Part shown: positions 1 through 8,789 of the stretch, one piece after another
How positions within the stretch are numbered: the first letter of the stretch is position 1
Layout of the letters: every line of letters begins with the position of its first letter
IMG/VR virus record: IMGVR_UViG_3300043811_000019
Coordinates: 1-44,770 of that record
Direction: 5' to 3' (one strand)
DNA: 44,770 nucleotides
DNA from: a virus
Taxonomy: Duplodnaviria > Caudoviricetes
Position numbers and translations under genes: made by a program
Notes under the pieces: model-generated
Seen by the model: only the letters and a program-made list of their open reading frames with translations
The model's database searches: none
What the model was told of the DNA's origin: nothing

Positions 1-127
1 CGCCCCCTTATATCTTTCAGGCAATGCGAGTTAAATTCGACCGGGATATGGCCTCACCTGGGGCTAACGTGGTTCCTTGGGTTCCAGCGGGTTGCCACAA
101 CACGAAAGAAAACCCTAGCCCGTGGAA
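1..127. repeat. Direct terminal repeat, copy 1 (127 bp; probably assembly overlap of a circular/permuted genome)
   Basis: Bases 1-127 (cgccccctta...cgtggaa) are identical to 44644-44770; the repeat falls inside a coding sequence. Confidence 0.95.
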
Positions 128-455
128 AGGGTTTGTGTGGCTGAACCCGCCGTTTGGTGGCCGGAACGGATTAAAACCGTGGCTTGAAAAGTTTGTCGAA
201 CATGGTAACGGCGTGTGCTTGGTCCCGGATCGTACCAGCGCCCCATGGTGGAAATTCCTGGCTAAAAACTCCGACCTGATATTATTCGTGAGCCCGAAGA
301 TAAAGTTTCTGGACGCAAAAGGACGGCCCGGAGGTTCACCGAGTAACGGAATCAGCCTTCACGCAATCGGCGCGAAAGGAAGATCTGCATTAAGAAACGC
401 CGCAAGCTTGGGTTATTTGTGCGCCGCCGATGCCGCATCCACCAAGGGGGAGTGA
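1..455 (+). CDS. Phage DNA N6-adenine methyltransferase (Dam-like), 3' part; gene starts at GTG 44604 and crosses the junction
   Basis: Joined protein MSHERPGRSNEWYTPPYIF...FDRDMASP...VWLNPPF...LVPDRTSAPWW; the EWYTP and NPPF motifs are typical of the phage Dam family. Confidence 0.85.
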   Translation, partial: PPYIFQAMRVKFDRDMASPGANVVPWVPAGCHNTKENPSPWKGFVWLNPPFGGRNGLKPWLEKFVEHGNGVCLVPDRTSAPWWKFLAKNSDLILFVSPKIKFLDAKGRPGGSPSNGISLHAIGAKGRSALRNAASLGYLCAADAASTKGE

Positions 456-500
456 AGAAAGATAGAAAACTGCTGCCTATAAGCAAACAGGGAGGGAGAA

Positions 501-704
501 TTGAGCCTAACTTCAATCGGAGAGGGACACGCTTTTTATTGCCAGCTCTTGAACGCCGGCAAGATCAAGAACGGATTGGGCGGGAAGATCCAAGAGGCCA
601 AGATGAAAATAAAGGCCACGAAATATAATCGCTGGATTCCCTCAAAGCCCAAGACTCCGATAATCCGTAGAGAGGGTCGATTCATCAATTTCACAGAGAG
701 TTAA
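501..704 (+). CDS. Hypothetical protein
   Basis: GGAGGGAG RBS before TTG; 67 aa, basic. Confidence 0.45.
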   Translation: MSLTSIGEGHAFYCQLLNAGKIKNGLGGKIQEAKMKIKATKYNRWIPSKPKTPIIRREGRFINFTES

Positions 705-772
705 AAAGGGTAGGGGTAAGGGTGCTGAGGGTGGTAAGATCGTTGAACTGACGCGCAACCAGGGGGATAAAA

Positions 773-1027
773 ATGGCAAACGAAGGTCCGAAAATCAAAG
801 AATGCACTCATGCCGGGTACTTGGTCATCATCGAGCAGGAGGTTATAGACCTAGCCATTGCGCCGAAAATCCTGGAGCCAAACGCAAGGCCAACGATACG
901 AACGATTGCCCGCACTAAAGTTGTTCAGTGCTTCCGCTGCGAACAATTCTTCACCCTGGCGCCAAGCGCTGAAAAGCTCGGTGAAAAGATGATGGCGGAT
1001 GCCGCTCACCCACTCAAGGAGAACTAA
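773..1027 (+). CDS. Hypothetical protein, possibly Zn-binding
   Basis: GGGGG RBS; CxH and CxxC motifs. Confidence 0.55.
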   Translation: MANEGPKIKECTHAGYLVIIEQEVIDLAIAPKILEPNARPTIRTIARTKVVQCFRCEQFFTLAPSAEKLGEKMMADAAHPLKEN

Positions 1028-1266
1028 CACGAAGACCGGCGAAGAAAAACCAAGCACCTGTGAAAGGATAATCTTTTGGTGGCAAGTAATTCTTCTCGCC
1101 TTTTTGATCGTAGGAGGTTCTGTTTTTATTTTGAAGGTAAAACCACACGCAATCGAGAACATCTGGATACCACCCTCGGACAGCAAATGAAGATCAAATA
1201 CTGGCAGCTCCATTTATTCCTAACCCTTTCCTGGCTCTTGATCCTGTGGATATTCTGGAGGAACGC

Positions 1267-1584
1267 ATGAGTTCAACTTTACACGTAGCAAGCCACGAAA
1301 ACCCATACGTTGCGGAGTGTTTGAGGCTTGGAATCCTTGCGGCCCGTCAAAGACCACGGAGTGAGGATGATTTGGATTTAAAAACCATCGAACAGGTATG
1401 TATTCCCCTAATGCAAAAATTGGCCGACAGTAGCACTGGGGGCGTGTCTTATGTGGAAATACCGAAATCAGAGGTCTGCCATCAATACGAGGCAGACGAT
1501 GATAATTTCTGCTCAATTTGCCGAAAACTCAAAGAAAACCACGATTACAACGTAATGACCGACACTTATTGGGGATTCACGTGA
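1267..1584 (+). CDS. Hypothetical protein with Cys/His-rich C-terminus
   Basis: GGAGG RBS before ATG 1267; CH...CxxC...H. Confidence 0.55.
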   Translation: MSSTLHVASHENPYVAECLRLGILAARQRPRSEDDLDLKTIEQVCIPLMQKLADSSTGGVSYVEIPKSEVCHQYEADDDNFCSICRKLKENHDYNVMTDTYWGFT

Positions 1585-1795
1585 TGGAAGGACTTTCAAT
1601 GCAAGACGCCGAAACACCCAAGGAAATCCATCAAGTCAAAACCATTGGAAAGTTATGCGCCTGCAAGGAAATGGTGATGAGCAAAATCGTTGGAATTCTT
1701 ATCGTGGTTTGCCCTCATGCCCGGCCTCGGTATTTCAAAAACGGCTGTGAAATTGACCGGGAAGCTTTCTTGGAAATCGAAAAATCACGGAAAAC

Positions 1796-1825
1796 TTGAC
1801 CAATCCCTAGTCCCTGGCCTATATT
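1796..1825 (+). promoter_or_regulatory. Putative sigma70 promoter for terS (possibly leaderless mRNA)
   Basis: TTGACC-N18-TATATT; the ATG at 1833 lies 7 nt after the -10 box with no Shine-Dalgarno sequence. Confidence 0.5.
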
Positions 1826-1832
1826 TACCTAC

Positions 1833-2351
1833 ATGCCCCGCAAACAAAAGAGTTCGCGGCCAGTTGGCCGTCCCTCTGGATTCACACAAGCGATAGCAGA
1901 CGAAATCTGCCAAAGGTTAATCACCCCCATCCAAGCTGTCCCTAACGGCCCTTGGACTATTCCTTCCCTCCGTAAAGTCCTCGAAATGATGGGTTCTCCC
2001 ACCGTTACAATGTTCATGCGGTGGTTGGCTGAGCCAAAAATGTTGAGTTTAAGGGAGCAGTATCACGCGGCTGTGATAACGGCTAACGAACTTCGGATGG
2101 ACAGTCTCATGGATGTGGCCGAGGAAGAGCCCACGGAAACCACTACCGTTACCTCAAAATCAGGAAATGAATACACAACGACGCGGATTGACAATGGTGG
2201 GATTCAAAGAAACAAGCTCCGTGTTGACACAGCGAAATGGATCGCCTCAAAGATGCTGCCCAAAAAATACGGGGATAAGCTCGAAATTGGGGCATCAGAA
2301 GGGTTAGCTGCGGTCCTTGCCTCCCTCAAACCACCCATTGACGATAAATGA
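1833..2351 (+). CDS. terS: Terminase small subunit (Sf6-like)
   Basis: GRPSxFT..IADEIC N-terminus and KLRVDTAKWIASKMLPKKYGDK signature; overlaps the terL start. Confidence 0.9.
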   Translation: MPRKQKSSRPVGRPSGFTQAIADEICQRLITPIQAVPNGPWTIPSLRKVLEMMGSPTVTMFMRWLAEPKMLSLREQYHAAVITANELRMDSLMDVAEEEPTETTTVTSKSGNEYTTTRIDNGGIQRNKLRVDTAKWIASKMLPKKYGDKLEIGASEGLAAVLASLKPPIDDK

Positions 2352-3874
2352 CGGAACTCCAGAAACAGCTCGCCGTCCGAATAAAGCGCTGGCGCCACAA
2401 TCCTAAAGCCTTTTTCATCGAAAACGGAATAACCGATAAGCTGGATCCATGGCAAGAGGAAGCCTGCCAAGCCCTTGCGGATTGGGTGAATGGTGTCCCA
2501 GGAGCCCTTGACCGGCTGGCAATCGCGGCCTGTGCTGGACCGGGAAAGACCTGGTGGGACAGTGGGATTATCTGGTGGTTTATGGTTTGTTTTGGGGACG
2601 ACAAAGCCCATCCACAGGGGTTCGCAACAGGCATCAGTGGACCAAACCTAAAAGCCAACCTCTGGACAAAACTCGCGGAAATGTGGCAAACAACTCCACT
2701 CCTGAAGTTTTTCTTTGAATGGCAGGCCGAGAAGATATTCCTCAAAGAGCATCCTGCTACGTGGTGGTTCGAGAAGCGCACCTGGACCGCATCGGCTGAA
2801 GCTGGACCACAGGGAGCTGGAGGACTTGCCGGCCATCATTCCAAATATTCCCTCGCGGTTGTGGATGAATCCGGAGGTGTTCCAATCTCGGTTATGAGGG
2901 CCGCAACCCGGACACTGACCACCAAACAACCAGGCGGGTTTAATTTCCTCATCCAAACAGGGAACCCAACGCACGTAGAGGGCCCTCTTTTCGAGGCTTT
3001 CAACAACGAAGCGGCATTGTGGCACCGAATCAATATCAGCGGGGATCCCGACAATCCGAAGTGTTCAAGCCGAATTGACAAGGTTGAGAACCGCCGATTA
3101 ATAGACCTCTATGGTCGGGAAGACCCTTATGTCAAAGTTTACGTTCTTGGGTTGTTCCCACCCTCCAGCTTCAACTCCCTTTTAGGCCCGGATGACGTTA
3201 GAAAGGCCATGAGCCGCACCTGTTCAATTGGTCAATACGCCTTTATTCAATGTCGGACGGGAACGGACGTAGCGTTTGGAGGGGGAGACTTGACGGTATT
3301 CTACGGCCGGCAGGGAATCAAGGTTTATGCCCCGGATTCAATGCGCGTTGACAAATCCAGCGAAACATGGTCTTTCGACATTGCGGCCAGACTCTTGACC
3401 TACAAGCGGAAGATCAACGCTGAGGTCAATTTTGTGGACTGTACCGGAGGGTATGGGGATGGGGTTTGTTCCGCCCTCTCGGTTCAAAAGCACACGGCTA
3501 TAAGGGTGAATTCGGCCTCAGCCGCCAACAAGCCGCAAACCTTCGCCAATCGACGCATGGAGATGTGGTGGAACATGGCTGAGGCAATCAAGCGGGATGC
3601 CTGCCTACCCAATGACCCTGAGATTATCGCGGAACTGACAACCCCAACCTATTCGCTGACCAACACAGGCCTGATGATCCTGGAACCCAAGGACCGGATA
3701 AAACTACGTTTGGGTAGGAGCCCTGACCGGGCTGATGCCTTGGGATTGACATACTCCACGAACGATATTGCCAAGACTGTCGCAAGGTTGCGGGTTCAAC
3801 GGGAAGGTCATGGGAACAACTACCGGCGACAGAGATCGACCCGGGACTATAACCCGCTTGACCAAAAGCGCTAA
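2348..3874 (+). CDS. terL: Terminase large subunit
   Basis: Walker A (ACAGPGKT), Walker B (LAVVDES), TGNP coupling motif, nuclease acidic motifs GTDVAFGGGD, VDCTG and SPDRADAL. Confidence 0.95.
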   Translation: MTELQKQLAVRIKRWRHNPKAFFIENGITDKLDPWQEEACQALADWVNGVPGALDRLAIAACAGPGKTWWDSGIIWWFMVCFGDDKAHPQGFATGISGPNLKANLWTKLAEMWQTTPLLKFFFEWQAEKIFLKEHPATWWFEKRTWTASAEAGPQGAGGLAGHHSKYSLAVVDESGGVPISVMRAATRTLTTKQPGGFNFLIQTGNPTHVEGPLFEAFNNEAALWHRINISGDPDNPKCSSRIDKVENRRLIDLYGREDPYVKVYVLGLFPPSSFNSLLGPDDVRKAMSRTCSIGQYAFIQCRTGTDVAFGGGDLTVFYGRQGIKVYAPDSMRVDKSSETWSFDIAARLLTYKRKINAEVNFVDCTGGYGDGVCSALSVQKHTAIRVNSASAANKPQTFANRRMEMWWNMAEAIKRDACLPNDPEIIAELTTPTYSLTNTGLMILEPKDRIKLRLGRSPDRADALGLTYSTNDIAKTVARLRVQREGHGNNYRRQRSTRDYNPLDQKR

Positions 3875-3887
3875 TCGGATTTAGGAT
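3858..3887 (+). promoter_or_regulatory. Putative sigma70 promoter upstream of the small basic protein trio
   Basis: TTGACC-N18-TAGGAT, 32 nt before ATG 3920. Confidence 0.45.
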
Positions 3888-3919
3888 TGAATCGTTGTTA
3901 GACCAAACAAGGGGGATTC

Positions 3920-4099
3920 ATGCGCCACATCTCGAAAGGGACCGAGGAAAAGATGATGAAGAAGGGCAACCGCTATAAAGGCGGACGCAAGGACAGCGGC
4001 AAAGACATGAGCGGAGGCGGTCGCGGCTCCATGTCGGCCAAGGAATACCATCACCCCACCAAAGGAAAGCATCACCCGGCGAGCCTGAGCCACATCTGA
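3920..4099 (+). CDS. Small basic Gly/Lys-rich protein (59 aa) ending HHPASLSHI; not in the ORF track
   Basis: Hand translation MRHISKGTEEKMMKKGNRYKGG...HHPTKGKHHPASLSHI; GGGGG RBS; TGATG overlap with the next gene. Confidence 0.75.
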   Translation: MRHISKGTEEKMMKKGNRYKGGRKDSGKDMSGGGRGSMSAKEYHHPTKGKHHPASLSHI

Positions 4100-4272
4100 T
4101 GGCCATTAAGATCAAGCCGAGCCACAAGGGAAGGTTCACCGATTACAAGAAGCGGACGGGGATGACGACCCAACAGGCGCCTCACTCAAAAAATCCCCAC
4201 GTCAGGAAGATGGCTAACTTCGCCCGTAACGCTTCCAAGTGGCATCATCCTTCAAAACTTTCTCACCACTGA
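4099..4272 (+). CDS. Small basic protein (57 aa) ending HHPSKLSHH; not in the ORF track
   Basis: MAIKIKPSHKGRFTDYKKRTG...RKMANFARNASKWHHPSKLSHH; resembles, from memory, the IxIKPxxxGxFT...ANFARNAxKW motif of phage virion-associated proteins. Confidence 0.8.
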   Translation: MAIKIKPSHKGRFTDYKKRTGMTTQQAPHSKNPHVRKMANFARNASKWHHPSKLSHH

Positions 4273-4278
4273 GGTCTT

Positions 4279-4440
4279 ATGCCTTTACGCGCCGGTAAAT
4301 CAAGAGCGGTGATGTCGAGCAATATCCGCGAGATGGTCAAAGCTGGCCACCCCGTAAAACAGGCAGTGGCCGCAGCCTATCGCAAAGCAGGGAAGTACCG
4401 AAAGACCGTTCACCACCCCAGGAAGTTATCCCACCACTAA
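4279..4440 (+). CDS. Small basic protein (53 aa) ending HHPRKLSHH; not in the ORF track
   Basis: [39 protein letters not shown]...; GAGG RBS; resembles the common phage MPLKxGxS..NI.E...G.P.KQAVA family. Confidence 0.8.
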   Translation: MPLRAGKSRAVMSSNIREMVKAGHPVKQAVAAAYRKAGKYRKTVHHPRKLSHH

Positions 4441-4448
4441 GGAGCCGA

Positions 4449-4961
4449 ATGAAAACCGTATTCCTTGAGGAGATCATTGACCAGGAAATCTGCGACGAGA
4501 TGATGCCCTTGTTCCAAAAGCATTGGGAGGAAGTGAGCCACCCAGCTTTCAAGGACTTCCAGAAACTCAACCCTGACTTTTCGAAGTACATCGCCATGGG
4601 AAAAAACCGGGACGCTACCGGGAAACCATGCGCCGTTCTTTTCACCATGCGGGAAGTGACGGACGCGGACCAAGAGGGTGCAAGGAAAGGCCGATTGGTT
4701 GGCTATTGGTGCTTCTTCATCAACGACACCCTGCATTACAAGGGAACCACGCAGGCACTTGGGGACGTGCTTTTCGTGGAAAAGGAATATCGCGGGAAAA
4801 GGGCTTATGAGTTCGTGGCCGAGTGCGTGAATCAGTTGAAGATGGGGGGAGTCCAGGTCGTACATGTTTACAGCAAGAAAGAGCATGACCTAACCCGGAT
4901 GTTCGTGGATGGGTTGGGGTTCGAGCAGATAGACCTACATTTCACGAAAAGGCTTAACTAA
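4449..4961 (+). CDS. GNAT-family acetyltransferase
   Basis: GRLVGY strand, DVLFVEKEYRGK acetyl-CoA-binding motif A and C-terminal LGF motif. Confidence 0.75.
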   Translation: MKTVFLEEIIDQEICDEMMPLFQKHWEEVSHPAFKDFQKLNPDFSKYIAMGKNRDATGKPCAVLFTMREVTDADQEGARKGRLVGYWCFFINDTLHYKGTTQALGDVLFVEKEYRGKRAYEFVAECVNQLKMGGVQVVHVYSKKEHDLTRMFVDGLGFEQIDLHFTKRLN

Positions 4962-5284
4962 TGCCAGTCGTAGGTGCCATAAGCGCGGTTGCTGCAAGTG
5001 CTGGGTCAGCCGTTTATCAAGGCATCCAATCAGGGGACGCCAACGCCAAAGCCACCCAACTCATGGAACAGCAGAACCAACAGCAACAGGCGGCGATTAC
5101 CACAGCGCAGAACCAACAGAGCGAGTATATTAGGCAACAGGCGTTGATTGGACAGAGGGACGCATCCTTGGCGAGTGAGAGAAGCATGGCGGCTTTCAGG
5201 TCGAATTTCGCGGGAACGCAGTTGACCCAACCTGGTGGAGTGACGCCCCAGGCTGGAATGTCGATGACGAAGATAGGCGGATAA
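4961..5284 (+). CDS. Small Gln/Ala-rich pre-portal virion protein
   Basis: Composition, GTxLTxPGG motif and position before the portal, as in BPP-1/T7-like podoviruses. Confidence 0.6.
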   Translation: MPVVGAISAVAASAGSAVYQGIQSGDANAKATQLMEQQNQQQQAAITTAQNQQSEYIRQQALIGQRDASLASERSMAAFRSNFAGTQLTQPGGVTPQAGMSMTKIGG

Positions 5285-5285
5285 C

Positions 5286-5558
5286 GTGGCGAAAACCGAA
5301 ATAGATTACGTCGAAGCGGTTAATGAGGCCATTGCGAAATTAAAGCCGAGACTCAAAGGTGATGCCCCCATAAAACTGATTGTGGGATGGGACTTCTTTG
5401 AAAAATTCAACGCGCAACTAATGGAGCGAGTAAAGTACGGGGGTTTTGTTTTTACGAGCGGTAAAGAAAACGTGATTCAGTATCATGGGTTTGATGTTAT
5501 CCGCTCACCTGATATGCGAGAAGAACCAATGTTTTCTTTGATGGCTGAGGTTGAATAA
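5286..5558 (+). CDS. Hypothetical protein
   Basis: Fills the gap exactly; TAATG overlap with the portal start. Confidence 0.6.
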   Translation: MAKTEIDYVEAVNEAIAKLKPRLKGDAPIKLIVGWDFFEKFNAQLMERVKYGGFVFTSGKENVIQYHGFDVIRSPDMREEPMFSLMAEVE

Positions 5559-7396
5559 TGGCCCAACCAACTACCAACCCCTCAGACCCAACCCTTTTAA
5601 AACTCAGCCAGCAACCCAAACGAAAAACCATTTCCAATAAGGATTTGAACTACGCCTACCTGACGACCTACCAGAGGGTCAACCTTACCAGGGTTCAATT
5701 GGATTTGGAGTTTACTCGGTTCGTGGCCCAAGCACGTGATCTTGCCGCCCATTTTGACCCAACTCGCTGGTACGAATACTGGGACTTCTTTGACATCCCG
5801 AAGCAGGAGGAAGTACAGGTTAAAATCCTCAACGGTACTCCAGCGGATTCGTTAGATGCCATGGTTTCTGGATTGTCGGCCGGTGCCGCCTCTGCCGCCC
5901 AAGAATGGTTTGAGTATGACCTGGACCGCCAAGACCTGATGAAGGTTTGGGAAGTGGAACAATGGCTTCACGATGAGAAGAAGGCCAGCCAGCGCACCGT
6001 TCAAAACTCCAACTTCTACGTGAACTTTCCCATCTTCCTTCGGGACGCCATCGTCAACCTTGGCGGGTGCATGTTCATTGAGCGGGACGCCAAGAATGTT
6101 TTCAAGACCACGATATTCCGGCCAGGGCAATACCGCATCGCCTTGGACACGAACGGTTATCCCACGGTATTCATGCGGACGTTCCGAAAGACGGTCAGGC
6201 AAGTCATTGAGGAGTTCGGAGAGCGGGTTGACGTGGGGAACGGTGAGACGGAACTAGATATTTCCAATTTCAGCCAGCGCATCATCTCCTATGCCCAATC
6301 CGGTTTGTGGGACAAGTGGATCGACATTATCCATTACATCGGGCCTAACAGCGAGTTTGACACGACCAAACTGGCCTCGAAGTACAACCAATGGAAATCC
6401 CTATACTACGAGATGGGAGTGCCGCCCGAGGTTGATATTCAATTCCCCGAGAAGTTCCTACGGGAAGAGGGCTACGATTATTTCCCGATCATCTACTTCC
6501 CGTGGGAGACGGATGGAAAATCAGCCTACGCCATCAATAACCCAGGCATCAAAGCCTTGGCCGACACGAAAGAGCTTTTCTTCCTGGAACAGCAATACAT
6601 GTTGGCCCTGGACATGACCACAAATAAACCCCTGGCCCACTCAGAAGACGTGCAGGACGTTGACACTCTCCCGGGCGGTGAGACGGTATTGCCCCAAGGA
6701 ACAGCGGCTAAGGACGCGATTGTCCCGCTCTATGAGGTTGACCTTGACCTGAACCACCTTGAAGTCCGCATTGAGAAAAAAGAGCAGGCGGTGAAACAGC
6801 ACTTCATGGCCGACTTCTTCAGGAGATTGGTGGACAATGAAAACAAGGAACCCATCACGGCCACGGAAGTCATTGAGATCAAAAAGGAAATCATGGTCCT
6901 ACTGGGTCCGGCATTTCACGGCCTCACGAAGTACGCCCTCACGCCGTTTATTCAAATCGTTTATCACCTTCGCAAGAAGGCTGGGCTTGTAGCAACCGCG
7001 CCGATGGTCATGGAGAAATCCAAGATGACGCCCAAGTTTACCTCGGTCATAGCCAAAGCCCTCCAGATGGGGGATTTCAGCCTGCTTCAATCCGGGGTTG
7101 AGTTCCTGACCGCCATGGCCAAGATCATCCCGAATGCGGTTCATTTGATGAACGAGTACGAAGTGGGCAAGGAAGCCTTTGACATCTTAGGACTTCCGCC
7201 CAAGACCCTTAAAACCCAGGACGAATATCAGGGAGCCCTCCAACAGGTCGCAAAGCAACAAGCAGCCGAAACAGCGGCCAAAGCTGCCCCGGCCATGGCA
7301 TCCGCCGCTCAGACCGCCCAACAGACTCCTGCCCCGGGTGGGGGAACCATGCTTGACCAATTGATGAACATGAACCAGGCAGGTCAAAATGGCTAA
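5558..7396 (+). CDS. Portal (head-to-tail connector), BPP-1/T7 type
   Basis: 612 aa; SG..S....WF motif, FLREEGYDYFP and the ITATEV...K.E....LGP signature. Confidence 0.92.
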   Translation: MAQPTTNPSDPTLLKLSQQPKRKTISNKDLNYAYLTTYQRVNLTRVQLDLEFTRFVAQARDLAAHFDPTRWYEYWDFFDIPKQEEVQVKILNGTPADSLDAMVSGLSAGAASAAQEWFEYDLDRQDLMKVWEVEQWLHDEKKASQRTVQNSNFYVNFPIFLRDAIVNLGGCMFIERDAKNVFKTTIFRPGQYRIALDTNGYPTVFMRTFRKTVRQVIEEFGERVDVGNGETELDISNFSQRIISYAQSGLWDKWIDIIHYIGPNSEFDTTKLASKYNQWKSLYYEMGVPPEVDIQFPEKFLREEGYDYFPIIYFPWETDGKSAYAINNPGIKALADTKELFFLEQQYMLALDMTTNKPLAHSEDVQDVDTLPGGETVLPQGTAAKDAIVPLYEVDLDLNHLEVRIEKKEQAVKQHFMADFFRRLVDNENKEPITATEVIEIKKEIMVLLGPAFHGLTKYALTPFIQIVYHLRKKAGLVATAPMVMEKSKMTPKFTSVIAKALQMGDFSLLQSGVEFLTAMAKIIPNAVHLMNEYEVGKEAFDILGLPPKTLKTQDEYQGALQQVAKQQAAETAAKAAPAMASAAQTAQQTPAPGGGTMLDQLMNMNQAGQNG

Positions 7397-7483
7397 GGCT
7401 GACGAATTCAAAAACATGCGGTGCAAGTGGATTAACTGTTTCCGCATTTTTAAGCTGGTTATCATGTTCGCGTGGAAGTGGTA

Positions 7484-7828
7484 ATGGATAACCCAGCTAC
7501 AGAGCAACGCCGCCTTGAGAGGGCCGAAAAGGATCGCAAGGCGGCTCTGGCTGAGAGGAACGAAGAACAGGATTTGTTGAAGATTATGGACAATCCTGGA
7601 GGCCGTAGGTTCCTCCGCTGGGTTCTAAAAGCCTGCAAATACGGGGAAGACCCATCAGATCCCAACAGTTCCACGGTTTACAAAAACATTGGGCGCCAAA
7701 TGGTAGGGCGTGAATTAAGCAAGGAAATGCTCAAGGTTTCACAGCAATTGTATTTTTTGCTTTTAAAAGAAGGGCTTGAGGAAGTAAAATCCAAACATCA
7801 GTTGAAAGGCGGAAGCGATGGCGAATGA
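7484..7828 (+). CDS. Bbp19-like protein
   Basis: DLLKIMDNPGGRRFLRWVL...NIGRQMVG motif; lies between portal and scaffold. Confidence 0.75.
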   Translation: MDNPATEQRRLERAEKDRKAALAERNEEQDLLKIMDNPGGRRFLRWVLKACKYGEDPSDPNSSTVYKNIGRQMVGRELSKEMLKVSQQLYFLLLKEGLEEVKSKHQLKGGSDGE

Positions 7829-8555
7829 GAAGCCGGTTCAGGAGACGCAAACCTACCTGGAGGAAACCACCCCGCACCTAACGGCGGTGGAAAAGGCTTT
7901 GGAGCTTGTCGAGAAAGACGCCACCGAGGACGCCAAGAAGGCCTTGAAGGAATCCGTTACCGCATACAAAACGGTGAGGGAAGGTGTTTCCAAGAAGCTC
8001 ACCGACTACCAAGCGGCCCAAAAAGCCGCCAAGGAAGCCGCCGATAAAGGCTTAGAGGAATTCAAGAAGAAAGCTGCTGAGGTTCCGAAGGATTCGTTGG
8101 TCAGCCTGGAGAGGGTGCAAGCCCTCAAGAAGTATGCGGTTGAGAACGGATTGAACGAGGAACAATTTAACGGGATGGTCAAGTACGACAACGACCTCCT
8201 GCAAGGGCAGAGGGCTTACAACGAAACGGTTGTTAAGACCAAACTTGCGGAGTATGAGACGGAACTGGCCAAAGACCCGAAATTCTCAGCGGCTAACCGC
8301 GCTGAATCAGACCGGAAGATCGATGCGCTGTACAAGGCGAAAGCCAGTCCGGCCCTCATGGAACTGATTAAGACGGTGCCCCAGGCCAACCATCCTGAGT
8401 TCAAGAAGTTCCTTTTAGCGATAGCCGAGGGGATGGACGCCAAGGAACTGGTGGCCGGCGATAAGTCGGGAGGGCAGGAAATCCCGGATTACGCCAAGGA
8501 ATTCTCAAAGACCGCCGCTGATGCTAAAGCGGCAGGAGTGAGGCCCCGTAGGTAA
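7818..8555 (+). CDS. Capsid scaffolding protein
   Basis: Helical and charged; A.ENGLN.EQ and NHPEF.KFL..I motifs; upstream of the major capsid gene. Confidence 0.75.
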   Translation: MANEKPVQETQTYLEETTPHLTAVEKALELVEKDATEDAKKALKESVTAYKTVREGVSKKLTDYQAAQKAAKEAADKGLEEFKKKAAEVPKDSLVSLERVQALKKYAVENGLNEEQFNGMVKYDNDLLQGQRAYNETVVKTKLAEYETELAKDPKFSAANRAESDRKIDALYKAKASPALMELIKTVPQANHPEFKKFLLAIAEGMDAKELVAGDKSGGQEIPDYAKEFSKTAADAKAAGVRPRR

Positions 8556-8707
8556 TGGGACACGCCACCGAGACACCAACGGTTTTGATGGCAAAGATTT
8601 CAGCGAAAGAGAATGAACTTCACAAGATTCTCGGCAGGGCTGCTGCCGTCAGTGAGGAACTCAAGAACCTTTTTCTGGAAGCACAGGAAGAGTTGAAGAA
8701 GAACTAA
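8555..8707 (+). CDS. Small coiled-coil protein (50 aa); not in the ORF track
   Basis: TAATG overlap; MGHATETPTVLMAKISAKENELHKILGRAAAVSEELKNLFLEAQEELKKN. Confidence 0.5.
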   Translation: MGHATETPTVLMAKISAKENELHKILGRAAAVSEELKNLFLEAQEELKKN

Positions 8708-8751
8708 GTAGCGGACAGGCGGAAACGCCCTCCAAACAAACCAGGATCGCC

Positions 8752-8789
8752 AAAAGCCCCCTAGGTAAAAAAACTAGGAGGCTTTTTTT
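8752..8789 (+). promoter_or_regulatory. Hairpin sequestering the major capsid RBS (terminator-like)
   Basis: AAAAGCC-C-CCTAG pairs with CTAGG-A-GGCTTTT; the 3' arm contains AGGAGG and runs into a T-tract directly before ATG 8790. Confidence 0.6.

Noticed and set aside
1-127. Biological terminal repeat (T7-like DTR)
   Set aside because: 127 bp equals a common assembler k-mer and the repeat cuts through a gene; more likely a circular assembly overlap.
7389-7484. 31-aa ORF between the portal and Bbp19-like genes (MAKADEFKNMRCKW...)
   Set aside because: It overlaps both neighbours and may be real, but it is too short and motif-free to support a call.
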